Shown here: positions 1-13,672 of the stretch, piece by piece | Layout: the number at the start of each line of letters is the position of its first letter | Numbering within the stretch: position 1 is the stretch's first letter | Source: Lama guanicoe | Lineage: Eukaryota | Assembly: GCA_013239625.1 (NCBI GenBank) | Contig: MU053645.1 | Location: 1,418,274-1,482,273 of the forward strand | Direction of reading: 5' to 3' | DNA: 64,000 nt | Made by a program: the position numbers and the translations under genes | The notes under the pieces: generated by a model | Databases searched by the model: none | Told to the model about the DNA's origin: nothing | What the model saw: the letters and a program-made list of their open reading frames with translations, nothing else

Positions 1-159
1 TTTGTAAACATTCAAACAATACAAATGTGTAAAAAGGAAACAGCAAAAGTCCTGCATAATGCTACTTCTCTACAAATAAAAAGTTGTGCATATCCTTCCA
101 GATTTGATTAAGTTATAGAATAATTTCATTTATGCTACTTTGTACTTTAATTTATGGAC

Positions 160-455
160 AGTATGGAAAAGTAAGCTCCTAAGAAACCTACCCTCCTGCA
201 GATAATAATGACAAATTCTGAACAGAACATAAACAACTACCTGAGGGATTTGGATAGTAAACAAAAGCAGTCAGAAAAAAAAGCATTCCCCTGAGAATTT
301 GTAACCACAAGCTAGCTGCCATTTGAGTTTCTGATTGGGATTTGTGCTATTTGTCTAAAAACCCTGAAGCAAAAATTTCAACTGCAAGTGGCCCAGGGTG
401 GGTAGTGTCCTCCAGGTTACTGACAGAAGCAAATGCAAAGCGTTACTGGAAGAAT
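160..455 (+). mobile_element. Old L1 5' UTR fragment (L1M4/L1MC-like)
   Basis: AACAACTACCTGAGG..AACAAAAGCAG and CCCCTGAGAATTTGTAACCACAAGC..CAGAAGCAAATGCAAA resemble ancestral L1M 5'-end consensus (recalled). Confidence 0.5.
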
Positions 456-489
456 TCTAACTGGACTCGGGTTGAATATGTACATATCG

Positions 490-1520
490 TGTAATCAACC
501 CAGAAATTCCTTTCCGAGCAATATACCTGGAGAAACTCTTACATGTGTGCAATGGCAAACATATCTAAAAATGTCTATAGCACCAATATTTTAATATCAA
601 AAAACCTGGCAATAATCCACACATCCACATACAGTATAGATAAATCTTAATATAATTGTACAATTGAATATCCTACAGTAGTTACAATAAACTATAGCCA
701 CTCATATAAACATGAATGAACTGGAACAACATAATATTGAGCAAAAGAACAAGATATATATACAGATATATTTATACAATGGAATACTACTCAGCAATTA
801 AAAAGAATAAAATAATGCCACTTGCAGCAACATGGATGGACCTAGAGATCATCATTTTAAGTGAAGTAAGCCAGAAAGAGAAATACTATATGGTATCACT
901 CATATGTGGAATCTTAAAAAAAAAGAAGAAAGAAAGAAGACACTAATGAACTCATCTACAAGACAGAAACAGACTCACAGACATAGTTAACAATCTTATG
1001 GTTCAGGGGAAAGGGGGTGGGAAGGGATAAATTTGGGAGTTTGAGATTTTGCAAATGTTAAGCACTAAATATAAAAATAGATAAAAAACAAATTTCTTCT
1101 GTATAGCACTGGGAACTATATTCAACATCTTGTAATAACCTTTAATGAAAAAGAATATGAAAATGAATACATGTATATATATGCATGACTGGGACATTAT
1201 GCTATACACCAGAAATGGACACATTGCAACTGACTATACATCAATTTAAAAAAAATTTTTAAAAAGAACAAGATATAGTATGATTTAACATATATGAATT
1301 TCAAAAACATATAATGAAACAATATGTAGGAATTCATACATATGTGATAAAAATAATGAAAAGCAAGCAAAAAGTTTATCCAAATTTCAGGCTAGCAGTT
1401 ACCTCTGGGTGGGAGGAAGGGGAATACACTCAGATAGACAGGTAATTTCAAAATTACAAGCAACTTTTACTTTCATAAGCTGGGTGGTGATAACTTAAGT
1501 GCTCTTTTTATTTCACTCTG
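490..1520 (+). mobile_element. Old L1ME-type 3' end, split by a younger L1 insertion
   Basis: Decayed ORF2 C-terminus/3'UTR motifs at 490-758 resume at 1262-1520 after the insert. Confidence 0.65.
759..1261 (+). mobile_element. Young 5'-truncated L1 3' end
   Basis: Encodes YTMEYYSAIKKNKIMPLAATWMDLEIIILSEVSQKEK (ORF2 C-terminus), then 3'UTR and A-rich tail; perfect 16-bp TSD AAAAGAACAAGATATA at 743-758 and 1262-1277. Confidence 0.92.
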
Positions 1521-1544
1521 TTTTGATTCCTTAAAATGGCAATC

Positions 1545-3517
1545 AGAAATTGAAGAAGACACAAATATATGAAAAGATATCCCATGTTCATAACAATATT
1601 AGTTCAAAAAATTAATTTAGTTAAAATGTCCAAAACACCCAAAGGGATCTACAGATTTGATGCAATCCCTCTCAAAATTCCAAAGGTATTTTTCACAGAA
1701 ATAGAAAAAAAAAAAAGAAAAAAGGAAATATAAACCTAACATTTGTAAGTAACTAAAAAAGACCTTGAATAGCCAAGCTATCTTGAGAAAGAAGAAAAAA
1801 GCTGGAAGCATCACACTTCCTGATTTCAAACTATATTACAAAACTATAGTAATCAAAACAGTATGGTATTGTCATAAAAACAGACACATAGACCAATGGA
1901 ACAGAATAGAGAGCCCATATGTGGTTGACATATATGGTTAACTAATCTTTGGCAAGGGTGTCAAGAACACACAATAGGGAAAGGATAATCTCTTCAACAA
2001 ATGGTGTTAGGAAAACTGGATAGCCACATGCAAAAGAATGAAACTGGACACCTATCTTAAACTACTCCCTTAAATTAACTTGAAATATAATTAAATTAAA
2101 TGCAATACCTGAAAATATAAAACTCCTAGAAGAAAGCATAACAGAAAAACTCATTGACAATGGTCTTGGCAATGATATTTTGGATATGACAGCAAAAGCA
2201 CAAGAAACAAAAAACAAAAATAAACATGTGGGACTACATCAGACTGAAAAGCTTCCACCCAGCAAAAGAAACAATCAACAAAACGAAAAGGTAATATATG
2301 AAATGAAACAAAATATATGCAAACCATTTATCTGATAAGGGGTTAATACCCCAAATCTATAAGGAATGTATACAACTTAATAGCAAAGAAAGCCAAATTT
2401 TAAAAATGGGCAAGGGACCTGAATAGACATTTTTTTCCAAGAAGACATAAAAATGGCCAACAGATACCCGAAAAGGTGCTCAGTATCACTAACCACCAGG
2501 GGAATGCAAATCAAAACCACAATGAGATATCACCTGACACCTCTCAGAATGGCTATTATCAAATAGACAAGAGATAACAAGTGTTGACAAGGATGTGGAG
2601 AAAAGGGAACATTTGTACACTGTTGGTTGGAATGTAAATTGGTGCAGCCACTATGGAAAACAGAATGGAGGTTCCTTAAAAACTTAAAAATAGAACTACC
2701 ATATGATCTAGTAATCCTACTTCTGAATATATATACAAAAGAAATGAAATCAGTATCTTAAAGAAATATCTGCATTTTCATGTTCATTGTGGCATTATCT
2801 GCAATAGCCAAGATACGGAAATGACCTAAGTGTCTGGTGACAGGATGAATAAAAGTAGATGGATAAAGAAAATGATAGATACATCACATAGATTTCCCTT
2901 TTCTATATTCCTAAATTATTTTAAAACAAATCTCAAGCATGTCCTTTAGCCCCTACATACTTCAGTATGCATCTCTAAATAATTTAGGCATTTTTATTAT
3001 GCATCTCCAATGGGATAATATTCAGCCATAAAAACACAGGAATCTTGTCATTTGCAACAATGTGGATGAACTTGGAGAACATTATGCTAAGTGAAACAAG
3101 CCAGACACAGAAAGACAAATACTGTATGACCTCAATTATATGTAAAATCTAAAAAAGTCAAACTCATAGGAGCAAAGTTTAGAATGGTGGTTGCCAGGAT
3201 CTGGAGGAGTGGGGGAAATGAGAAGATGTTGGTCAAAGGGAACAAGCCTTCAGTTATAAGATGAAAAAGTTCTGGGGATCTAATGCACGGCATGGTGACT
3301 ATAAATAATGATACTGTATAGCACACTTGAAATTTGCTAAGAGAGTAGGTCTTAAGCATTCTTACCATACACACACACACAAAATGGTAACTGTGTCAGG
3401 TGATGGATCTGTTAATTAACTTGATTGTGGTAATCATTTCACCAAGTGTATGTATAGCAAATCACCAAGTTGTATATTTTAAGAGATACTATTTTGTCAA
3501 TTAAAATAAATAAATAA
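1545..3517 (+). mobile_element. L1MA9-like element: degraded ORF2 3' part plus 3'UTR
   Basis: Frameshifted ORF2 motifs from about KDIPCS to the zinc knuckle; L1MA9-type 3'UTR (GGGGATCTAATG..GGTGACTATA..GTGATGGAT..TTGATTGTGGTAATCATTTC); AATAAA tail at about 3505-3517. Confidence 0.85.
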
Positions 3518-4009
3518 GGACATAGATGTTATATATGTTCTTATAAGTATTTGACTATACTGAAAAAAAAGGTTTCTAATCCAATCAACAAACAAGGGAG
3601 CAACAGGCTACTTACATGTGTTCTGAAATAACTTTTTCATTTTTAAAAATATTCTTTACAAAATGTTATATGTCATATATATTTGATAAAAAAAATAAAA
3701 AGAAAAAGTGCCCTAAATATTACATCTGTAAAAACTCAGATTCTCTTACCTTAGGTCAGAATGTAGGTACCTGTGCCTAGAGTGCCACAGAATAGCAATG
3801 CCAGAGTGGACATTCAAAGGTCATCTAGTCTGGCCCCTAGTCTTTTTGACAGACCTGAATTAAATCCCATCAGAGAATAGACTATCCTACTACACTACTT
3901 TCACCTAATAACTGAAGTAACTTAAGAGAGGAATCCACAGTCTTCTTTGGTAGGTTGCTTTGGATATACCTTCTCTCCAAGTGGATCTTTATTACACCTT
4001 CTTTATAAA

Positions 4010-4340
4010 CATGCATTATGAGCATTTTCAAAGGTACGAAAATATAGAGAATAATATAATGAACCACATATAAAGTATCAGCCAAAGCAACAAGGAACAA
4101 AATGTTGCAACCCTCACTCTAGCTATCCCTTTTTAAAATCTATTTATAAAGTATTTTAAAACAAGTCTCAAACATGTCATTTGTCTCCTACAAACTTCAG
4201 CATACATCTTTAAATAATATAGACATTTTATGACACATCTCCAATAACATTATCACGCCAAACACCAAAAATTAACAATTCCTTGGAATCATCTAAAACC
4301 TAGCACATATTCATAGTTCTAAGATTGCTTCAAATTTTAA
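4010..4340 (-). mobile_element. L1MC4/5-like 3' end fragment
   Basis: GTATTTTAAAACAAGTCTC..ACTTCAGCATACATC..AAAATTAACAATTCCTT..ATCATCTAA matches the reverse strand of the L1MC 3'UTR (recalled). Confidence 0.6.
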
Positions 4341-4899
4341 TTTTATACTTATTTTAACTGAACTGCATTTATTTTTAAATTATTGCTGAATGTTCACTGT
4401 TTGGGGTCAGACTCTATATTCTAAGATGACTTACCATCCCACTGACAGCAAAGCTAGGCTTCCAATTGTTTTTCCCAAGTGCAGAGAAATGTGCCCCTAA
4501 CCCTTTTAAACTGATTCACTTACCACCTGTCGAGGCTAACAAAAACCTGTTTGCCAGCTGACTTTCTGGAGCACAGAGTAGAGCAATCAGAGCCCCATGT
4601 AATTTAGAAGTTTCGCTGGGTAGCAGCCTTCACTTGCCTGCTACTGGCCTAGCTGCTGTGTTGCCTTGCAACCCTATAACCACTCTGAATTCTGCCTAGG
4701 GCTGTACAGTGGCAGTAAAACCACAGTGTTTGGGAGTCTCCAAATAACAGCCATAAGCCCAGGAAATGACGTCTATAAATGATTTATTGTCTCCTCGATG
4801 ACAATAATTTTTTGTTTAATAATCCCACTGATGCTGTAAGCAGTGTGTCTTAGGCAAAGACACTCTCCCAGCTCCTTCTACATGGGCCAAAAAGGTCTA

Positions 4900-5915
4900 C
4901 ATGATCCAAATACCCTATGACCAGGCAATTCCACTTTTTAATATTTTCTCTAGAGAAAAACTCACATGCATGCTCAAGAAGCTGGGTATAGGACTTTTAA
5001 TTATACCATTGCTTTTAATAATTAAACCCAACATTAGACAAACCACTAAACTCATGTTAATAGGGGATTGATATATGCATCCTGTGAAATACAAAGCAGC
5101 AGTTTAAAAGAATGAAGTAAATCTGCCTTACTAATCTGGTAAGATCCCCAAAATATGTCATTAAATTTAAAAAGCAAGCTGCAGAATAATACAATATGAC
5201 ACCTGTTTGTGGGAAAACGCTAATCTATATACAGTAGTTCCCCCTTATCCGCAGTGGATACATTCCAAGACTGCCATGTCTGAAGCCATGGATAGTACCA
5301 AACCCTATATATACTATGTTTTTCCCTTATACACGCATACCTATGAGAAAGTTCAATTTAGAAATTAGGTACAGTGAGAGATTAACAACAATAACTAACA
5401 ATAAAATGGAACAATTATAAAAATACTCTGTAATAAAAGTTATGTGAATGTGGTCTCTCACTTTCTCTCTCTCTCAAAATATCTTATTGTACTATAGTCA
5501 CTCTTCCTCTGATGTAAGATCATTAAATGCCTACATGATGAGATGAAGTGAGGTGAATGACGCAGGCATTGTGGTATAGAATTAGGCTACTGTTGACCTT
5601 CTGACAGTACATCAAAAGGAAGATGATCTGCTTTGGAGGATACTGGATCATTGAGTCCTGATCATGTCAATGGTTGGCTGTCAGGAGTAGATGATGTCAG
5701 TGGCTGGGCATCAGAGGGGGACCAAGCAGGACTGTGTGAGATTTCATCATGCTACCTACCGAACTGTAAATTGTGATTATCTCCTGAAAGAGGACTGAGA
5801 TGAGGAGGGTGGACAAGTCAAAGAGAATTTAACACCATCTGCATCATTTGAAATTTTACAACGACAATGTAGTCATGTGTTATGTGTGTAATTTATAATA
5901 AATAAAAACATAAAA
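4900..5915 (+). mobile_element. L1ME-type 3' end interrupted by MER44
   Basis: Decayed L1 motifs at 4900-5230 and 5756-5915, ending in AATAAATAAAA. Confidence 0.55.
5232..5755 (-). mobile_element. MER44/Tigger7-family DNA transposon (TcMar-Tigger), one end missing
   Basis: TA followed by terminal repeat CAGTAGTTCCCCCTTATCCGC; internal GGATAGTACCAAACCC and GAGATTTCATCATGCTAC; second TIR absent. Confidence 0.8.
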
Positions 5916-5984
5916 AGAAAGGAAAGCCTTGCATGCATTTCCAGGGACAAAGGTAAAATTGCAAATTTTCCTAGACAAGGTTTC

Positions 5985-6260
5985 AAATGTTTACTCAGAG
6001 CAGACTCTGTGGCAGACAATGTGGGGTTAGAAGCACAAATGAGAAATGGACCCTGTCCTCCAAGGGCTTCTTTTCCAGGAGGAAAGATAAGAGGTGGATA
6101 CATTAAAAGATTCTCAAAAATCAAATACCCATCTACACCCAATACAGAGTTCCCAGGGGGAAAGAGCACTGGAGATTGGGGTGGACAGGGAAGGCCTCAA
6201 GGAAATGGTGATCACTGAGCTGGACCATGAAGACAGACAAGTCAAGATCTGAGCAGGATG
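5985..6260 (-). mobile_element. L2 fragment
   Basis: Diverged reverse-strand L2 3' end (AAATGTTTACTCAGAGC..CCCTGTCCTCCAAGGGCTT). Confidence 0.5.
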
Positions 6261-8299
6261 AGGAGCCAGTTCTGTTCTGTTTGGAGTTTCATTGACCAGC
6301 AGACAAAGGTAGGGAATCCCAAGCACTTCTTACAGTCTTTATAGACTCTCTGGGCAGCTCTTCCCACTGATAGACTTCACTCCCTGGGCTCATGACCAAA
6401 GAAGGCACAGCCAGTCTACAGCTCACCCCAAACTGTGAATAATCTAAGAATTATTTCAATTTGTCTTTGGAAGGTATCATGTATATTTTTTCCTTTTTTT
6501 TAACCAGCAGATTTAACTTCCCTAATTATGTTCTGCTCATCCAATGTTAAAATGAGTTTCTATTTTCTAAGCCCACATTGTCAAAATTGTCCCTGCCTGA
6601 CTCTCCCTACCACCCTCTCCCCACTCTGTACCACTACCTGCATCAAACCTTGCCTATCTCAGATCCGACCTAAGTACAATTCTCACAGGTCCTCATTCTC
6701 TGCTGGTGAGTCAGTGGGTGCTAATGAATTAGTCATGAAATAATCCCTATTAATGTGTTATCTTGCCCACATGACATACTGTCTTAATCAGGCTAAAATG
6801 AATGCCTCCAAAACCCTCTAAGAAATAATTAATGGTGGAATTTTAGACAATAGCTTCGAGACTGAAGCAGAAGCTACTTGGAGAACTTGACTCATCTTAA
6901 AAGTGTAGGCTTCTGTGCTGGGCAGGGAAGACTTCTAGGCAACAGGTGAGAAAACACTCTCAGTGGCCTGGGCCTCTGGCGTATCCCTTTACCTGGAGCC
7001 CTGGAGCTTTCCAGAAGGAATTCACAGTGCTGGACTCTTAGCTGGTTTCTAGGCCAGCTGACCCCATGGCGTTAATGGACCCCAGGCCTAGCCTGTCAGC
7101 AAGTTCTTTTCTTCATAGGCTTGTCCTACACTTCCCTTTAACACTAAACCAGGTGCTTTTGTACATCCCTTCTACCCCGGTACTCAGAATAGTCTCTATC
7201 AAGCACCCAACAGAGAAATTATGGGTTTCCCTCTCTCTCTGCCTTAATATGGAGATTTGAAAGATTTTTCAGTGGAAAAGAATTGATATCTTCCTTTCTT
7301 GTTCCACCTAGAGAGGCCATTCCAATTTTCAGAAGAAGCAGGCTTTCCTCTACCCAAAGTGAGGAGATAAAAGTCACCTGGTGTTAGAATTAGAGCTTTT
7401 CCAGGTGTCCACAGCCAAGCAGAAGCTGAGCTGAGCGGCTGGGGAATGGGAGGGGTGGCAGGCAGGGCAGTGTGCAGGAGAAGTAAACAGAACCTTGCAA
7501 GGATCCTGGAAGGCTCCTTGAGATGTAATTTTAAGATTTCTCAGTGCAGGGCATGGCAAAGGGGACTAGGGATTACTTAAACTTTTCATTATATACTATA
7601 TCTCATCTGAATCTAGCTTAAAACAAGGCTTCTTTGGTTTTCTTTTTTGTTGAAATTATAACGATCCCTTTATGTAGGGAATACTCGTTTTACTCATAGG
7701 CAGCAGTGGATACAAGCTGGTTAAGGGGGTCCTCCCAAAATGTTCTGTATTACTTTCAAATTGAGCACTATGATGTGCAATCCAATTTTTTCTGCTTCTT
7801 TTTGAACCATAAGACGGAAATGAAGGTCACTGCCCTCTATGCAAGAAGTAGGGAAAAGGGTCCATGGCCTGAACACTATATCCAAGAGCTCACAGCAGGG
7901 CAAGACCCCAGAAATGGTAAGAAGCAGTTCTATTTATTTCCAGTGACTTCTATTTCCTTCTTTTTGACTCATCTCCCCAACTAGACCTAAACCCTCTGGC
8001 AACACCAGGACCTTGGTCCCAAACACATGAAAATAGACCTGCACTATGTCCTATCACCTGAAAGCCCTGATGATAAATTAAGTCCTGTTACTATTCGGAC
8101 CACAGTAAATATAATTTGGGGAGGGGACATTGTTGTATCCCAGCTTTGACTACCCTGGAGACCAGAATCTTGACTGCAGTTGACATTTGGGTTCACTCTG
8201 AAATCACTCTTGCAAAATACATACCAAGGTTCTTTTATAAATACAAGAAATTAAGAACATCCATATAAAGCTATGATATGGATTAGAGTGTATTAAATT

Positions 8300-8450
8300 G
8301 CATAGTGCATGCTATGATGTGCCTCTCAGATCCACCATTCAGGACTAAGGCACTTGTTTTCAACTTGCTGAAAGTATTGACAGCCAGACAGCTCTGAGTT
8401 GAACTCTCTCCAAGACTTGCATGACCCTGGGAGTGACTGCTCCCTTGCCT
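8300..8450 (+). mobile_element. LTR16-family (ERVL) LTR 5' fragment
   Basis: CAGATCCACCATTCAGGACTAAGGCAC..TTGACAGCCAGACAGCTCTGAGTTGA resembles LTR16 consensus (recalled). Confidence 0.5.
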
Positions 8451-8545
8451 CATTCTAGTCCTGGTCCTGTTGTGAATAGTCCTTTAGCTATTAAAGAAGT
8501 TGAATTTGTCATTGAAAACTTTCCCATAAAGAATACTCCATTCCC

Positions 8546-9221
8546 TGTCAATTGGTGTAGCCACTGTGGAAAACAGTATGGAGGTTCCTTAAAAAACTAA
8601 AAACAAACTGACCATATGATCCAGCAATCCCATTCTAAGGCATGTATCTAGAGAAAACTATAATTCAAAAAGAATCCCACAGCAGCACTATGTACAGTAG
8701 CCAAGGCATGGAAGCAACCTAAATGTCCATTGACAGATGAATGGATAAAGAAGATGTGGTCTATATACACAATGGAATACTACTCAGCCATAAAAACGAA
8801 TGAAATAATGCCATTTGCAGTAACATGGGTGGACCTAGAGATTTTCATAATAAGTGAAGTAAGGCAGAAAGAGAAAGAAAAATGCCATATGATATCACTT
8901 ATATGAGGACTCTAAAAAATGAGACAAATGAACTTATTTACAAAACAGAAACAGACTTGCAGACATAGAAAACAAACTTACGGTTACCAAACAGAAAAGG
9001 GGAGGGGGAGGGATAAATTAGGATTTTGGGATTAGCAGATACAAACTACTGTATACAAAATAGATAAACAACAAGGTCCTCCTGTATAGCACAGGGGAAC
9101 TATATTCAATATCTTGTAACAACCCATAATGGAAAATATCAGGTATCTGATATATAAATCACTTTGCTGTACACCAGAAACTGACACAACATTGTAAGTC
9201 AACTATACTTCAATTTAAAAA
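8546..9221 (+). mobile_element. Young 5'-truncated L1 3' end nested in the older L1
   Basis: ORF2 C-terminus, 3'UTR and A-tail; 18-bp TSD AAAGAATACTCCA(T/C)TCCC at 8528-8545 and 9222-9239 (1 mismatch). Confidence 0.9.
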
Positions 9222-9592
9222 AAAGAATACTCCACTCCCAGATGGCTTCACTGGTGAATTATATCAAATATTTAAGGAAGAAATGTCAATTCTACCCAAA
9301 ATCTTGTAGAAAATGGAAGAGGGAGGAATATTTCCCATCTCATTCTGAGAGGCTAATATTATTCTAATACCAAAACTGGACAAAGATATCATTAGAAACA
9401 ATTGAAAGATCAACATCCCTCATGAGCACAGATGCAAAATTCTAAACAAAATTTTAGCAAATAGAATTCAGCAATACAAAAAAATTGATACATCATGACC
9501 AAATAGGGTTTATCCCAAGAATGCAATATTGATAAAATATTTTAAAATCAATCAATGTAGTTCACTATATTAACAAAACATTTAAAAAATAT

Positions 9593-9775
9593 GGTAAGAG
9601 GTACAAATTACTCTGTGTAAGATAAATAAGCAACAATGATATATTGTACTGCACAGGGAAATATAGCCATTTTTGTAATAACTTTAAATGTAGTATAATC
9701 TATAAAATATTAAATCATTATGTTGTACACCTGAAACTAATATAATATTATAAATCTTTAATTTTTAAGATTAAG
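9593..9775 (+). mobile_element. Short L1 3'UTR insertion of intermediate age
   Basis: GTACTGCACAGGGAAATATAGCC..TGTTGTACACCTGAAACTAATATAAT interrupts the host ORF2. Confidence 0.7.
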
Positions 9776-10777
9776 AAAAAAACAAGATAATCTCAATAGA
9801 GGGAGAAAAAAACATTTGATAAAATATAACATCCATTCCTAGTAAAAAGTTCTCATGATGCTAAGAATAAAAGGAAACTTCTTCACCCTGATAAAGAATA
9901 TCTATGGAAGAAAACTACAGTTAACATCATAATTAATGGTGAAAAACTGAATTATTTTTCCCTTATCATTTCTATTCATTATTATACTGCAGGTCATAGT
10001 CACTACAATAAGGCAACAAAAAGACATGAAGGACATCCAAATTAGAAAGAAATAAGTAAAACTGTCTTCGTTTGCAAATGGCATGACTGTCTATGTAGAC
10101 AATTCTATGTAATCTACATAAAAGCTACTATAATGAATAAATGAATTTAGTAAGGTTGAAGGATACAAGATTAATATACAAAATTCACAAATTTACCTAT
10201 ACACTAGCAATAAACAATTGAAACAGAACCATTTACAATACCATTTACAATAGCATCAAAAATATGAACTACTCATGGATAAATGTGACAAAATACATGC
10301 AGGATCTGTATGCTGAAAACTACAAAAACAGTGATGGAAGAAATCAAGAAGACCTAAATAAACGGTGGAAATATACAGTGTTCATGGATCAGAAATCTCA
10401 AAATATTAAGATGTCAGTTCTCCTCAATTTGATCTCTAGATTCAACACAATACCAATCAAAAGTCCAGCAGAACTTTTTAAAAAAAAATATGAACAAGCA
10501 GAGTCTAAAATTTATATGGAAATACATATAATCTAGAATAGCCAAAACAACTTTGAAAAACAAAGAACAATGTTGGAGGACTTATAGTATCTGACTTCAA
10601 GACTTAGAAAACTACCGCAGCCCAAACACTGTGGTACTGATATAAAGATCGACAAATAGAGCAATGAAACAGAATAGAAAGTTTAGAAAGACTCACATAT
10701 ACATGGACAATGTGTTTTTTAATCTACCAAGGCAATTCAGGGGAAATATGATAGTTTATTTTAACAAACGGTGCTAG

Positions 10778-11118
10778 AAGATGCAGGGGCCAAATAGTAA
10801 GGAATGTGAGTGTCATCTATGAGCTGAGAGTGGCTCCTGGATGACAGCCAACAAGGAGATGGAGACCTCCTACAACTACAAGTAACTGACTTCTGTGCCA
10901 ACAAGAATGATCGTGGAAGCAGATTTTTTTCCCAGGACCTCCACACAAGAAGAATTCTGCCCAGCCACCACCTTAACTTCAGGTTTGTGAGACCCTGAGC
11001 AGAGTACCTAGCTATGTTGTGCCAAACTTTTGACTACAGACTTCAGCTAATATTTGGGTGTAGTTTAAAGCTGGTAAGTTCATGGCAGTTTGTTACACAT
11101 CAATAGAAAATCAATATA
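10778..11118 (+). mobile_element. MLT1D/E-type MaLR LTR, 3' half
   Basis: GAGCTGAGAGTGGC..GACAGCCAACAAG..GTGAGACCCTGAGCAGAG..TTTGTTACACATCAATAGAAAATCAATATA. Confidence 0.8.
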
Positions 11119-12109
11119 TGATTTTTTTTAAAAAAACTTGTATTTAGAATAGGATATATAAAGAACTGTGAAAACTCAATAATATGAATACAAACAATCT
11201 AATAAAAAATGGAAAAAAGATTTGAGCAAACACTTCACCAAAGTAGATATGTAGATAGTCAATAAGCACACAAAAAGAACCTCAAATTATGTCACTAGGG
11301 AGATACAAATTAAAATTACAGTGAATGTCTAAATTCTTTAAATGACTATGCATACTGTTGGTGAGGATATAGAGCAATGAGAACTCTCATACACTACTGC
11401 TGGGAGTGTAAAATTATACAACCACTTAGAAATCAGCTCGGAAGTTTCTTAAAATGTTATTTATACAAGGTAAGTGAAAACATATTCATACAGAAACTTG
11501 TACATGAATGTTCATAAACACTTTATTTGTGATGGTCCCAAACTTGAAACAACCCAAAAGTACATCAACAGATGAATGAATAAATAAATTATGGTATATC
11601 CATAAAACAATACTACTCATCAATAAAAGAGAATGACCTACTGATACATTCAACAAAATGGATGAATCTCAAAATAGTTACACTGAAAGAAGTCAGACAA
11701 AAATATGTACAGTATGATTTAATTTATATATAACTTTAGAAAAGGCAAAAATAATCTATAATGAAAGAAAGGAGATGAATAGTTGCCTAGGGACAGAGCA
11801 GGGAGGATAAAGAGGAGTAAGAGGGAGGCTTTATAAAGGAGGCACAAGATAACTTTTATGGTGATAGATATATTCATTATATCCATTATGTTGATGGTAT
11901 ATATGTATTAAAACATCAAACTATGTAAGTTTAGTCAGTACGTATTCATGTATGTACAGGCTGCATATTGCATCAAGAAGTATCCTGAGTGATGAATAAG
12001 CTGAAAATAGATGATAAATGCTGGATAAAGGTAGTCCTGGCCTTAGATACTTGCAATTTTAGCAGTTAATTTCAATGCCTTCACTCAAAGGAGTGACTAA
12101 AACTCAGGT

Positions 12110-12275
12110 TGTTATATGGGATAACAGAGTGCTTAAACAACTATTAGTGTTTCAGCCAGACTACAAAGGTTTGAATTCCAGCTCTTTCAACTCACTAGTT
12201 GTGTTGCCTCAGGCATGTTACTTATATACCTGGGTGTCTCAGGCTCCTTACCTGCAAAGGTGCCTAGTAAATATC
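12110..12275 (+). mobile_element. MIR
   Basis: Core-SINE motifs TTTGAATTCCAGCTCT..AGGCATGTTACTTA..TGTCTCAG. Confidence 0.65.
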
Positions 12276-12765
12276 AATACAAGCAAGCTGTTATTTCTCA
12301 ACATATATTTCTTGAACATCTACCACACACCCGATCCTGCGGCGGAAAATGGGAGATATTGGCAGGAATATCGATGAGTCATTAGGGGATCCCACCACCT
12401 TTACCACCAGCACAAGCAGGGCCAGGGCTCACCTACTTTCTTCTGACTGCATTGGACTACAAGAAACACCTAGAAGAACATATAACAATACACCTGTCCT
12501 AAATGCAGTATTTAACTAGATTGCTCCTTTGGCCTGGTGCCACTACCTTATGCTGAATTTCTAGCCACTACTGCCCACATAATAAAATCTATAGAATCTC
12601 CATGGCCCTTTCTTTCTTAGATAAAAAAACTTTTGTAATCTAAACTCTTTATCTATCAGACGTACAGTATCCATGTCCTCATTTAATAGATATTTAATAA
12701 TCACTGTGTTCTGGGCAAGGTGTGAGGAATGGTAAATACAATGGGGAAGATATATTGATGCCCTC

Positions 12766-12954
12766 TTTTCAAAAAACTAAAAATAGAACCTACCATATGA
12801 CCCAGCAATTCCACTTCTGAGTCTATATCCAAAAAAAAACAAAAACACTAATTCCAAGAGATACATGCACCGCAATGTGCATAGCAGGACTATTTACAAT
12901 AGCCAAGATGTGGAAGCAACCTAAGTGTCCATAAACAGATGAATGGATAAAGAA

Positions 12955-12999
<45 letters not shown>

Positions 13000-13377
13000 G
13001 AATACCATTCAGCCATAAAAAAGAATGAAATTTTGCCTTTTGCAGCAACATGGATGGACTTGGAGGATATTATGCTAAGTGAAATAGACAGAGAAAGACA
13101 AATACTATATGACATCACTCATACTCACATATGGAATCTAAAAAATACAACAAACTAGTAAATATAACAAAAAAGAAGCAGACTCACAGATACAGAGAAC
13201 AAACTAGTGGTTACCAGTGTTGGGGGAGCGATACAGGGGTGGGGAAGTGGGAGGTGCAAACTGTTGAGTGTAAGATAGGCTACAAGGATGTATTGTACAA
13301 TACCAGTATTATAGTTAATATTTTATAATAACTGAAAATAGAGTATAACCTTTAAAAATTATATAAAAACTTGTTTA
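12766..13377 (+). mobile_element. L1 3' end of intermediate age inserted in an L2 fragment
   Basis: ORF2 C-terminus (EYHSAIKKNEILPFAATWMDLEDIMLSE) plus 3'UTR; degenerate TSD ending GCCCTC at about 12747-12765 and 13378-13396; L2 (-) sequence on both sides. Confidence 0.85.
12956..12997. repeat. (CA)n microsatellite
   Basis: Pure CA run inside the L1. Confidence 0.95.
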
Positions 13378-13672
13378 AAGTATTATTATTGCCCTCAATC
13401 AGTTCACAGGTTTGTAGTGGAGAGAGGACACCTCTCAAATAACATAACCCATCTAGAAAAGATCTGCTGGTACTGCTCTCACAGAGCATACGTGTCTGCA
13501 AAACCAAATATTCCCTGACTATCAGATAAACTCCATAGAGTTGGGGACTAAAAGCATGTGAAACAATGAGAAGGATAGAGTGACTTTTGATTGATTCCCT
13601 TTCATGCAAACCTGCTCAAGTCCCTGAAAAACTGTGAAGATAGCAAAGCCCTCTTCCAAAAGAAATGGGCAC

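Larger units (their letters stand above)
8480..11930 (+). mobile_element. Old L1MD-like element (degraded ORF2 plus 3'UTR) carrying three nested insertions
   Basis: ORF2 remnants (CCAGATGGCTTCACTGGTGAATT, ACAGATGCAAAATTCTAAAC, RFNTIPIK) and an L1MD-type 3'UTR at about 11660-11930. Confidence 0.8.

Noticed and set aside
6847..6946. Plus-strand exon ending at CAG|GTGAGA
   Set aside because: Weak polypyrimidine tract and stops in all three frames.
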